A DNA stretch of 64,000 nucleotides from an uncultured Opitutaceae bacterium. Its GTDB lineage: Bacteria > Verrucomicrobiota > Verrucomicrobiia > Opitutales > Opitutaceae. This document shows, piece after piece, positions 19,686-28,250 of the stretch (its first letter is position 1; the number at the start of each line of letters is the position of its first letter). Where the stretch lies: contig CALKAB010000016.1 of NCBI GenBank assembly GCA_937983335.1, forward strand, positions 1,106 to 65,105, written 5' to 3'. Both the position numbers and the translations under genes were made by a program. Under the pieces are notes generated by a model. That model searched no databases. It was given only the letters and a program-made list of their open reading frames with translations, and was not told the DNA's origin.

Positions 19686-20462
19686 TCAGTTCAGCTTCAG
19701 GTTCAGCAGCCGGGCGGTGTTCCCGTAGAGGAGCTTTTGCTTCACGGCGGCGGGGAGGTCGGCGCCGAGGATGCGGCCGATGGTCACGCTGTTTTCGCGG
19801 ATGGGCAGGTCGGAGCCGTAGAGCACGCGGTCGGGGCCGAGATGCTCGACGGCGTATTCGATGAGCCCTTCCTCGGGGTAGCCGCCGGAGGTGTCCACAT
19901 GGAGGTTGGGCAGGGCCTTCGCCTCCAGCACGCCGCGGAAGCCGATGCCGGTCAGGTGGGCCATGATGATCCGCACGTCGGGATGGCGGCGGGCGAAGAG
20001 CGCGGTGTCGGCGGGGTCGCTCTGGTGTTTCCGGTCCTTGATGTTGGTGGTGCTCCAGCTGTGCTGGAGGACGACGAGGTTGAAGGCGCGGGCGGCCTTG
20101 GCGACGTGCCGCATGCAGGGGTGGGCGGCGTTGTTGGCGATCTCAAGCTTGATGCCGCGGAAACCGGGCTGCGCGGCGCAGCGTTCCGCCTCGGCCATGG
20201 TGGCGCGCTCGCCGAGCAGGGGGTTGAGATAGACGAAGGCGGTGAAGTAGTCCGGATGCTCGCGGGCGAGCCGGGCGTTTTCGTCGTTGATCGCGCGGAG
20301 CTGGGCGGCGTTGGGCTGCGCGCCGTAGAGGAGCACATCGCCGAGCGCGATCATGTGCACGATGCCGAGCCGCCGGCCGTGGGCGATGAGCCGGCGGACC
20401 TCGGCCGGCTTGCGCCCCTGCTTGAACAAGACGGGGTGGGTGTGGACGTCGATGATGCGCAT
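19686..20462 (-). CDS. amidohydrolase_2 family metal-dependent hydrolase (lactonase/decarboxylase-type)
   Basis: Internal ATG at 20462 of ORF 19686..20525 (258 aa). Canonical MRIIDVHTHP (HxH), IIMAHLTG and LYGSDLP motifs. Confidence 0.75.
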   Translation of the reverse strand: MRIIDVHTHPVLFKQGRKPAEVRRLIAHGRRLGIVHMIALGDVLLYGAQPNAAQLRAINDENARLAREHPDYFTAFVYLNPLLGERATMAEAERCAAQPGFRGIKLEIANNAAHPCMRHVAKAARAFNLVVLQHSWSTTNIKDRKHQSDPADTALFARRHPDVRIIMAHLTGIGFRGVLEAKALPNLHVDTSGGYPEEGLIEYAVEHLGPDRVLYGSDLPIRENSVTIGRILGADLPAAVKQKLLYGNTARLLNLKLN

Positions 20463-20539
20463 GGGCGGCGGGTTATGACGGTGGGCGGGAGAAAACGGAG
20501 TGACAAGGCCGATTGGTGTCAGCAAGGCTGGGCATCCGC

Positions 20540-21577
20540 ATGAGCGCGACGCCCCTGACCGACCACGACATCGAGACCCTGCTGTCGCAGCCCACCCCGG
20601 GCGCGATTGAGACGGCCCGCCGCCAGGAGGGCGACGGCATGGTGCTGGGTGTCGGGGGCAAGATGGGCACCTCGCTGGCCGTGATGTGGCGGCGGGCGTT
20701 GGACGTGGCGGGGAAAAAATCGACGAAAGTCTATGGCGTCTCGCGTTTCAGCCGCCCATCGGCCAAGGCCGAGCTGGAAAAATTCGGCATCACCCCGATC
20801 TCCTGCGACCTCGCCGATCCCGACCAGGTGGCGGGGCTGCCCGAGGTGCCCAACGTGCAATACCTCGCCGGCCAGAAGTTCGGCACCGACAGCGCGCCCG
20901 ACGAGACCTGGATCCAGAACACCGTCGTCCCCTCGCTGGTGGCGCGGAAGTTCCGGGCCTCGCGCATCGTGGTCTTCTCGACCGGCTGCGTGTATCCCTT
21001 TGTGCCCACGGCCGGAGACGGCAAGGGCGCGACCGAGCAGACGCCCGTGGCCTTCCTCGGCGAATACGCCAGCACCTGTGTGGGCCGCGAGCGGGTTTTC
21101 ACCCACTACGCCCGCAAATACGGCACGAAGCAGCTGATCTACCGGCTTAACTACTCGGTTGAGCTCCGCTACGGCGTGCTGGTGGACATCGCCACGCGCA
21201 TCCTCGCCGGCGAGCCAATCGACATCACAATGGGCTGGTTCAACCTCATCTGGCAGGGCGACGCCTGCGCCCGCGCGCTCCAGTGTCTCGAGCACACGGC
21301 CAACCCGCCGAAGCTCCTCAATGTCACCGGGGCCGAGAAGCTCTCCATCCGCGCCATCGCGGAGGAGTTCGGGCGCATCCTCAACCGCCCCGTCAAGCTC
21401 ACCGGCACCCCCGCCGAGGCCGCGTGGATCGCCGACGCGAGCGAGTCCATCCGGCTCTTCGGGCCGACGACCGTGCCGCTGCCGGAGATGATGCGCATGG
21501 TGGCCGACTACCTGCAGGCCGGCGGCAAGCTCCTCGGCAAGCCCACGCACTTCGAGACCCGCGACGGCAAATTTTGA
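20540..21577 (+). CDS. NAD-dependent epimerase/dehydratase family protein
   Basis: Internal ATG at 20540 of ORF 20513..21577 (345 aa). Rossmann motif VLGVGGKMGTSLA and extended-SDR fold length. Divergent from the amidohydrolase operon. Confidence 0.65.
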   Translation: MSATPLTDHDIETLLSQPTPGAIETARRQEGDGMVLGVGGKMGTSLAVMWRRALDVAGKKSTKVYGVSRFSRPSAKAELEKFGITPISCDLADPDQVAGLPEVPNVQYLAGQKFGTDSAPDETWIQNTVVPSLVARKFRASRIVVFSTGCVYPFVPTAGDGKGATEQTPVAFLGEYASTCVGRERVFTHYARKYGTKQLIYRLNYSVELRYGVLVDIATRILAGEPIDITMGWFNLIWQGDACARALQCLEHTANPPKLLNVTGAEKLSIRAIAEEFGRILNRPVKLTGTPAEAAWIADASESIRLFGPTTVPLPEMMRMVADYLQAGGKLLGKPTHFETRDGKF

Positions 21578-21579
21578 CC

Positions 21580-22626
21580 ATGGACCTCCGCACCCATCTG
21601 CACGCCGGCCACGCCATTCCCGCCCAGCCGCTGGCGCTGGACGCCAACCGGAAATTTTCCGAACGCCACCAACGCGCCATCACGCGCTACTACCTCGCCT
21701 CCGGGGTCGGCGGCCTGGCGGTGGGCGTGCACTCCACGCAGTTTGAGATCCGCGAGCCGCAGCACGGGCTGTTCAAGCCCGTGTTGGAGCTGGCCGCGCG
21801 CACGATTGACGAGGAACTCGCGAAAACTCCGCGTCCCTTCATCAAGATTGCCGGCATCTGCGGCCGCACCGAGCAGGCGCTTGCGGAGGCTTCAACCGCG
21901 CTCGGTTACGGCTACCAGGCCGGCCTGCTCAGCCTCTCGGCCTTCAAGCAGGACACCGAGGATGCGATGATCGACCACTGCCGGCGCGTGGCGGAGGCGA
22001 TCCCGGTGGTCGGCTTTTATCTGCAGCCCGCCGCCGGCGGACGGCTGCTGGGCTACTCCTTCTGGCGGCGTTTTGCGGAGATTCCGAACGTCGTCGCCAT
22101 CAAGCTCGCGCCCTTCAACCGCTACCAGACGATTGATGTGATGCGTGCGGTGACCGAGGCCGGCCGCGACGACATCGCGCTCTACACCGGCAACGACGAC
22201 AGCATTGTCGTGGACCTCTTCACGCCGTTCACCTTCGACGTGGGCGGCAAAAAGGTCACGCGCCGCATCGTTGGCGGATTGCTCGGCCACTGGGGCGTGT
22301 GGACCCAAGCGGCGGTGAAGCTGCTCAACGACATCAAGGCCGCGCGGCAGAACCCGCAGCTCGACGTGCAGTGGCTCGACACCGCCATCGCGGTGACCGA
22401 CATGAACGCGGCGCTGTTCGACTCGGCCAACAAATTCGCCGGCTGCATCCCGGGCATCCTGGAAATCTTGCGTCGCCAGGGTCTGGTGCCGTCGATCCAC
22501 TGCCTCAACCCGCACGAGGTGCTTTCACCCGGACAGGCCGAGGAACTTACCCGGGTGTGCCGCGCCTATCCGCATTTGATCGACGACAACTTTGTGGCGG
22601 CCAACCGCGACCGGTGGCTGGCGTGA
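21580..22626 (+). CDS. dihydrodipicolinate synthase (DHDPS/NAL) family class I aldolase-like protein
   Basis: ATG at 21580, two nt after the upstream stop (348 aa). TIM-barrel pattern with a putative Schiff-base lysine context NVVAIKLAPF. Confidence 0.65.
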   Translation: MDLRTHLHAGHAIPAQPLALDANRKFSERHQRAITRYYLASGVGGLAVGVHSTQFEIREPQHGLFKPVLELAARTIDEELAKTPRPFIKIAGICGRTEQALAEASTALGYGYQAGLLSLSAFKQDTEDAMIDHCRRVAEAIPVVGFYLQPAAGGRLLGYSFWRRFAEIPNVVAIKLAPFNRYQTIDVMRAVTEAGRDDIALYTGNDDSIVVDLFTPFTFDVGGKKVTRRIVGGLLGHWGVWTQAAVKLLNDIKAARQNPQLDVQWLDTAIAVTDMNAALFDSANKFAGCIPGILEILRRQGLVPSIHCLNPHEVLSPGQAEELTRVCRAYPHLIDDNFVAANRDRWLA

Positions 22627-22691
22627 GGAATAAATCCTATGCATTGTCATTCTGAACGCAGCGGCCGAGCTGCGGGCGACTGGATTCGACC

Positions 22692-22767
22692 GGTAGGGCC
22701 CGCCCTCCGGGCGGGCCGATCAACGGTGCGTGGCGTATTCCGGTCCGCCCGGAGGTCGGACCCTACC
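22692..22767. repeat. GC-rich compound palindrome (GGTAGGGCC ... GGACCCTACC family)
   Basis: GGTAGGGCCCGCCCTCCGGGCGGGCC ... GGTCCGCCCGGAGGTCGGACCCTACC. The outer arms pair and each half is itself a hairpin. Related to the elements at 29173, 38562 and 55334. Confidence 0.7.
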
Positions 22768-22786
22768 CAAAACCATCTTCGATCGA

Positions 22787-23941
22787 ATGACAGCCGCCCA
22801 TAACTTCGCTCCGCCGCAATCCTGCGAGGAGCTCCTCGCGCAGCTGGTGGCGCACAACACCGTCAACCCGTTCTTCGGCGGGCCGACCGGCGGTGAGGCA
22901 GCACTGATCGCGCATCTGGAAAAACTGGCGCAGGGCTGGAAACTGAAGACACGGCGCTGCCCCGTGCCGGGCGGCGGCGAAAACCTGCTCATCACCTGCG
23001 AGGTGTCGCCCGCGGCACCATGGCTGCTCTTTGAGAGCCACCTCGACACCGTGAGCGTGGCGGGCATGAGCGTGGATCCGTTCAATGTGGTGGTGCGGGA
23101 CGGGCGGATTTACGGCCGCGGCACCTGCGACACGAAGGGCTCGGGCGCGGCGATGTTCTGGGCGCTGCGGGAATATGCCCGCGGGAAAAACCGCCCGCAC
23201 AATGTCGCCCTGCTGCTCGCCGCCGACGAGGAGGCGCGCATGACCGGCGCGCAGGCCTTCGCCGCGGGCGAGCTCAAGGAGTTCATGCCGCAACTGCGGT
23301 GCGTGATCGTCGGCGAGCCGACGATGCTGCGGCCGGTGACGGCCTCAAATGGCGTGATCCGCTGGAAGACCATCACCCGCGGCCGGGCGGCGCACTCCTC
23401 GGTGCCGGCCAACGGCCGCTCGGCCATCTCCGCGATGCTGCGGGTGGTGGAGGCGCTGGAGTCGCGCTACGTGCCGACGGTGACGAAAAGCCACCCGATG
23501 ACCGGAAGTGCGGCGATGAGCGTGAATGTCATTCGCGGCGGCACGCAGGTGAACATCATCCCGGAGTATTGCGAGATCGAGTGTGACCGCCGCACGGTGC
23601 CGGGCGAGACGGCGGCGCAGGTCTTCGCCGAGCGCGACGCGGTGCTGGCCGGCCATGCGGTCGAGCACACCGATCTCTATGTCGTGCCGGCCATGGGCGA
23701 CGAGCTCTCGCGGGATTACCTGCCCGCGCTGCAAAAAGTCCTCGCGGCGCACGGCCTGGAGACGACCCCGAAGGGCGAGCCCTACGTCACCGATGCCAGC
23801 CACTACGGCGGCGCCGGGGCGCCGGCCGTCGTGCTGGGGCCCGGACATTTTGCGCAGGCGCACACCAAGGACGAGTGGGTGGCGCAGGACCAACTGGCGC
23901 TCGCAGCCAAAGTTTACGGCGGGCTGATGGCGGCGGATTAA
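22787..23941 (+). CDS. M20 family metallopeptidase / deacylase (ArgE/DapE-like)
   Basis: Metal-ligand motifs ESHLDTVSV, GRGTCDTKGSGAAM and AADEEARMTG. I chose the start at ATG 22787 because the track start at 22730 lies inside a GC-rich palindromic repeat (22692-22767). Confidence 0.75.
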   Translation: MTAAHNFAPPQSCEELLAQLVAHNTVNPFFGGPTGGEAALIAHLEKLAQGWKLKTRRCPVPGGGENLLITCEVSPAAPWLLFESHLDTVSVAGMSVDPFNVVVRDGRIYGRGTCDTKGSGAAMFWALREYARGKNRPHNVALLLAADEEARMTGAQAFAAGELKEFMPQLRCVIVGEPTMLRPVTASNGVIRWKTITRGRAAHSSVPANGRSAISAMLRVVEALESRYVPTVTKSHPMTGSAAMSVNVIRGGTQVNIIPEYCEIECDRRTVPGETAAQVFAERDAVLAGHAVEHTDLYVVPAMGDELSRDYLPALQKVLAAHGLETTPKGEPYVTDASHYGGAGAPAVVLGPGHFAQAHTKDEWVAQDQLALAAKVYGGLMAAD

Positions 23942-23981
23942 TCGACCGATTCCGTTTGAGCCGGCGGCCATTTCCGGCAGG

Positions 23982-24344
23982 ATGGGAACCATGAAACTCC
24001 TCGTTGACGACACCCGCACACTCACCCCCGAGGCCACCCAGCAGGGCTGGATCATTCTCCGCAAGGGTGAGGACCTGCCGCAGTGGATCTCGCAGCACGG
24101 CTGGCCCGAGGCCATCGCGCTCGACTACGACCTGCAGGTGGGCACCGGTTCGTGGGACGGCGGGCGCACGGCGCGCTGGCTGCGCGAGCATTGGGAGAAT
24201 GAGCAGCATGCGGCCGGCGAGCAGTTTCCGCAATGGGACATCCACAGCCGCAATCCCGCGAACAACGAGGAGGTCGTGAAAATCCTGGCTCCGTTCGCCT
24301 CGCGTCGCGTAGTGAAGCTGGCGCCGCTCCAGCATCACGAGTGA
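23982..24344 (+). CDS. small receiver-fold protein resembling the cyclic-phosphate-processing receiver (cREC) domain
   Basis: 120 aa (or 117 aa from ATG 23991). Pattern MKLLVDDTR ... EAIALDYDL ... GGRTARWL ... WDIHSRNPANNE matches the cREC_REC signature as I remember it (LDDxR, isLDHDLg, HSxNP). Its stop overlaps the GTG start of the next gene. Confidence 0.5.
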   Translation: MGTMKLLVDDTRTLTPEATQQGWIILRKGEDLPQWISQHGWPEAIALDYDLQVGTGSWDGGRTARWLREHWENEQHAAGEQFPQWDIHSRNPANNEEVVKILAPFASRRVVKLAPLQHHE

Positions 24345-25576
24345 GCGATCCGGCCGAGGCCCGTCGTTCCAGCGCAACCGCCCTGACCGCACTGCGCGCC
24401 GGCGACGGGGCGCCGCTCGCGGCCTGGCTCCGCGGCCATCTCTTCGGCCACGTGCTGCCGTTCTGGACCCGGCACGCCTTTGACCCGGCGGGCGGGCTTT
24501 GCACCTGCATCAGCGATGCGGGGGAAATCCTCAGCCGCGACAAATGGCTGTGGAGCCAGTGGCGCGCGGTGTGGGTTTTTGCGCGGATTTACAACACGCT
24601 CGAACGCGATCCGGTCTGGCTGGAGCGCGCCCGCGGTATCGCGGATTTCTGTCTCGCGCACGGCTGGCTGGAACCGGAACAAGGCTGGGCGCTGCTGCTG
24701 GACGGTGACGGCCGGGTGCGGCGCGGCCACGAGAGCATCTATACGGATGCCTTCGCGGTTTACGGGCTGGGGGAACTTTACCGCGCGACCGGCGAGGCGC
24801 GCCACCGCGACTGGGCGCAGCGCACGGCGGACGCGACCCTCGCGCGGCTGGCGCAGCCCTATGACCGGCTGCCGCATTTCCCGTATCCGATTCCCGCCGG
24901 GGCGAAGCCACAGGGCATCCCGATGGTGTGGTCGCAGGTGTTTGCCGAGCTGGGCTCCGTCCTCGGCGAGGACCGTTACCTGCAGGCGGCCCGACGGCTC
25001 GCGGATGAGTTTTTTTCGCATCATTACGATCCCGCGGCCGATCTGGTGCGCGAATTCGTGCGCCAGGCAGGCGGCCGGTTTGACGGCCCGGAAGGCCGCG
25101 TGGTGGTGCCGGGACACGTGATCGAGAACATGTGGTTCCAGCTCGATGTGCTGGCGCTGGCGGGCGGCGCGGCGGCCCGCGCTGACGAAGCCTACCGGTT
25201 GACGTTGCGTCACCTCGAGCTCGGTTGGGACCGCGAATACGGCGGGCTTTTGCTGGCGGTGAACGCGGAAGGCGGCGGGCCGGTGGCGTGGAACTTCGCC
25301 GACGCCAAGCTCTGGTGGCCGCACACCGAGATTCTCATCTCCGTGCTGCGCGGCTGGCAGGACACGGGCGAGGTGGTGTTTCTCGATTGGTATGAAAAAG
25401 TCTGGCGGCTCTGTCTGGCGCACTACGTGGACTGGGAACACGGCGAGTGGCGGCAGAAACTGCGGCGCGATTTTACGCCGTTCACCGGTGTCGTGGCGCT
25501 GCCGGTCAAGGACCCGTTCCATCTGCCGCGCAGCCTGATCCTGCAGATCGAACGGCTGGAGGCCCCGTGCGCATGA
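24341..25576 (+). CDS. N-acylglucosamine 2-epimerase (AGE) family (alpha/alpha)6-barrel isomerase/epimerase
   Basis: Frame of ORF 24233..25576. AGE-like motifs (HLFGHVLPFWTRHAFDPAGG, DKWLWSQWRAVWVFARIY, KLWWPHTE). I prefer the GTG at 24341 (GTGA overlap with the upstream stop) over the ATG at 24233, which would overlap the upstream gene by 112 nt. Confidence 0.65.
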   Translation: MSDPAEARRSSATALTALRAGDGAPLAAWLRGHLFGHVLPFWTRHAFDPAGGLCTCISDAGEILSRDKWLWSQWRAVWVFARIYNTLERDPVWLERARGIADFCLAHGWLEPEQGWALLLDGDGRVRRGHESIYTDAFAVYGLGELYRATGEARHRDWAQRTADATLARLAQPYDRLPHFPYPIPAGAKPQGIPMVWSQVFAELGSVLGEDRYLQAARRLADEFFSHHYDPAADLVREFVRQAGGRFDGPEGRVVVPGHVIENMWFQLDVLALAGGAAARADEAYRLTLRHLELGWDREYGGLLLAVNAEGGGPVAWNFADAKLWWPHTEILISVLRGWQDTGEVVFLDWYEKVWRLCLAHYVDWEHGEWRQKLRRDFTPFTGVVALPVKDPFHLPRSLILQIERLEAPCA

Positions 25577-27120
25577 ACAAAGCCGACGTCATCATCATCG
25601 GGGCGGGGCACAACGGCCTCGTGGCCGCCACCTACCTGGCGCGGGCCGGCCTGAGTGTGCTGGTGCTGGAGCGGCGGCCCGGCTTTGGCGGGGCGACTTT
25701 GAACGAAGAGCTTTGGCCGGGTTACACTTTTTCGACGGGCGCACACCTCCTGCATGCGGTGCCCGCGGCGCTGGCGCGCGATTTGCGTTTGGCCGAGCGC
25801 GGGCTGGAGCTCGTGCCGCGCGACGAGGCTTTTTACCTGCATGCCGACGGCACCTATCACGCCAACATCGCCGTGGACCGGCCCAACAACCGCGTGGCCC
25901 GCTCCAAGCTCACGGCGGCCGAGCTGGCCGGGCTCGAGGGCTACAACCGCTTCAAGGCCGACCTGCTGGGGCTGGTCCGGCCGTGGCTGCTGAAGGTGCC
26001 GCCGACGCTGGCGGAATTGCAGGCGCGGGCGGCCGGCACGCCCGCGGCCGAGGCGCTCCGGCTGGCCACCACGATGAAGCTGTGGGAGGTGCAGGACCAT
26101 TTTTTGCCGACCGAGCGGCTGCGCGAGGCCTTTGCGACCGAGGCCTCGGCCGTCATCGAAAACCCGCTGGCCTTTGCGCTGGCCTACGGCGCGATCGACC
26201 TGCCGGACCCCGCGACGGGCGAGCGGCCGCCGTTTGGATTTGTCCGCGGCGGCATGGGGCGGCTGGCGGAATGTCTGGTGGCGGCGGCGCGCGAGGCCGG
26301 GGCGGTGCTGCGCGACCGCAGTCCGGTGGCGCGCATTTTGGCGGCCGGCGGCCGGGTCACGGGCGTCCGGCTGGCGGACGGAGGCGAGATCGCGGCCGGC
26401 CTTGTGCTGTCCTGCGCCGACCCGAAGGTGACCTTTTTGCGGCTGTTGACCGATACGGACGTGGACCCCGCGCTGCGCCGCCGGATCGGGGCACTGGTCT
26501 CGCACGTGAGCTGCTACAAACTCCTCGCGGCGGTCACCGAATTGCCGCGCTGGCGGGCCTGGGACGGGCCGGATCCCGACGAGCCCTCGCGCGGCTCCAT
26601 GCAGCTCGACATGACCCGGGACATTGTCCGCGAGTGCTACGCTGCGCTGGCGTTGGGCGAGCCGCCGCGCCGGCCCATGCTCAGCTTCAACGTGCCCTCG
26701 ATGCTGGATTCGACGCTGGCCCCACCGGGCCGCCACACGGCCTCGATCTACATCTACCCGGCGCCGGCCAGGCTGGCCGCCGGCACCTGGGCGGAGCGCA
26801 AACGCGAGGTCGCCGAGGCCGTGATCGATTACATCACGGAGTTTGCCCCGAACTTCCGGCGTTCGATCCTCCATTATGAGTTCCGCACGCCGGAGGACCT
26901 GGAGACGCGGCTCGGCCTGACCGACGGATGCATCTGGCATCTGCAGCACACGCCGGAGCAGATACTCGGCGGCCGGCCGTTGCCGGAGCTGGCGGATTAC
27001 CGCACGCCGGTCCGGGGGCTTTATCTCGGCGGGGCGGGCCAGCACCCCGGCGGCGAGGTCAGCGGCATCCCCGGTCACAACGCCGCGCAGGAAATCCTGC
27101 GCGACCTCGGCCGCAAGTGA
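25573..27120 (+). CDS. phytoene desaturase (CrtI)-like FAD/NAD(P)-dependent oxidoreductase
   Basis: Internal ATG at 25573 (ATGA overlap with the upstream stop), 515 aa. Dinucleotide-binding motif DVIIIGAGHNGLVAATYLARAG and C-terminal GLYLGGAGQHPGGEVSG. Confidence 0.75.
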   Translation: MNKADVIIIGAGHNGLVAATYLARAGLSVLVLERRPGFGGATLNEELWPGYTFSTGAHLLHAVPAALARDLRLAERGLELVPRDEAFYLHADGTYHANIAVDRPNNRVARSKLTAAELAGLEGYNRFKADLLGLVRPWLLKVPPTLAELQARAAGTPAAEALRLATTMKLWEVQDHFLPTERLREAFATEASAVIENPLAFALAYGAIDLPDPATGERPPFGFVRGGMGRLAECLVAAAREAGAVLRDRSPVARILAAGGRVTGVRLADGGEIAAGLVLSCADPKVTFLRLLTDTDVDPALRRRIGALVSHVSCYKLLAAVTELPRWRAWDGPDPDEPSRGSMQLDMTRDIVRECYAALALGEPPRRPMLSFNVPSMLDSTLAPPGRHTASIYIYPAPARLAAGTWAERKREVAEAVIDYITEFAPNFRRSILHYEFRTPEDLETRLGLTDGCIWHLQHTPEQILGGRPLPELADYRTPVRGLYLGGAGQHPGGEVSGIPGHNAAQEILRDLGRK

Positions 27121-27161
27121 GGCGTTGCGGCGCACGGACCGACCCCCAACATCACCTCGCG

Positions 27162-28250
27162 ATGAAACTCGGCCTCGGACTTTACCGCCACCAACTCGAC
27201 GACGACCACTTCCGCTTCGCGGCCCAGGCCGGCTGCGAAGCGCTGGTGATTCACCTCGTGGACTACTTCAACCAAGGCGGCGTCAACACCGCCAAGGACC
27301 AGCCGACCGGTGACCTCGCCGGCTGGGGCCGGGCCGGCGATCCGGATAAATTGTGGGAAGAGGATTACCTGCGCGACGTGGTCAAACGCGCCGGGGCGCA
27401 CGGGTTGAAGATCGCGGCGATCGAGAATTTCGACCCCGCCCACTGGTCCGACGTGCTGCTCGACGGACCGCGCAAGGCGCAGCACCTCGAGAACGTGAAG
27501 ACCATCATCCGGCGGATGGGTGCGGCGGGCATTCCGTGCATGGGTTACAACTTCAGCCTCGCCGGCGTGGCAGGTCGGGTGCGCGGGACGTTCGCGCGCG
27601 GCGGGGCCGAGGCCGTGGGCATGGATGGTCCGGTGGATGATCCGGTGCCGGAGGGCATGGTGTGGAACATGCGGCTCGGCGAGCGGGTGGGGCCCGGCCT
27701 GATGCCGCCCTGCACGCCCGGGGAGCTGTGGCGCCGGCTGGAAGATTTCTTGCACGCGGTGCTGCCGGTCGCCGAGGCCAGCGGCGTGGTGCTGGCGGCC
27801 CATCCGGACGATCCGCCGATGCCGACGATCCGTTCGACGCCGCGCCTCGTTTACCAGCCGCAGCTCTACCAGAAGCTCATCGACCTTTCGCCGAGCCCGG
27901 CCAACCGGCTCGAATACTGCCTGGGCTCGCTGGCCGAGATGACGGAGGGCGACCTTTACGCGCACACCGAGAATTACGCGCGGCAGGGCCGGATCGGCTA
28001 TGTGCATTTCCGCAACGTCACGGGCAAGGTGCCCACCTACAAGGAGACCTTTGTGGACGACGGCGACATCGACATGCTGCGCATCGTGCGGATCCTGCAC
28101 CGCAATAATTTCCAGGGCGTGATCATTCCCGACCACGCGCCGCAGATGACCTGCGCCGCGCCGTGGCACGCTGGCATGGCCTTCGCCCTCGGCTACATGC
28201 GCGCGGCCTTGCAGACGGTGGCAAAGGAAACGGTTTCAACCACGACATGA
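27162..28250 (+). CDS. mannonate dehydratase (UxuA) family sugar-acid dehydratase
   Basis: Internal ATG at 27162 of ORF 26928..28250 (362 aa). UxuA-like blocks IENFDPAHWSDVLL, GIPCMGYNFS, IGYVHFRNV and IIPDHAPQ. Confidence 0.65.
   Translation: MKLGLGLYRHQLDDDHFRFAAQAGCEALVIHLVDYFNQGGVNTAKDQPTGDLAGWGRAGDPDKLWEEDYLRDVVKRAGAHGLKIAAIENFDPAHWSDVLLDGPRKAQHLENVKTIIRRMGAAGIPCMGYNFSLAGVAGRVRGTFARGGAEAVGMDGPVDDPVPEGMVWNMRLGERVGPGLMPPCTPGELWRRLEDFLHAVLPVAEASGVVLAAHPDDPPMPTIRSTPRLVYQPQLYQKLIDLSPSPANRLEYCLGSLAEMTEGDLYAHTENYARQGRIGYVHFRNVTGKVPTYKETFVDDGDIDMLRIVRILHRNNFQGVIIPDHAPQMTCAAPWHAGMAFALGYMRAALQTVAKETVSTTT

Noticed and set aside
22730-22786. Track start of the M20 deacylase at 22730.
   Set aside because: The first 19 codons lie inside the GC-rich palindromic repeat 22692-22767. 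The ATG at 22787 gives a normal M20 N-terminus.
24233-24340. ATG at 24233 as the start of the AGE-family gene.
   Set aside because: It would overlap the preceding cREC-like gene by 112 nt, and the extra N-terminal residues are Arg/Ser/Gly-rich with no similarity to AGE proteins. The GTG at 24341, which forms a GTGA overlap, is more plausible.
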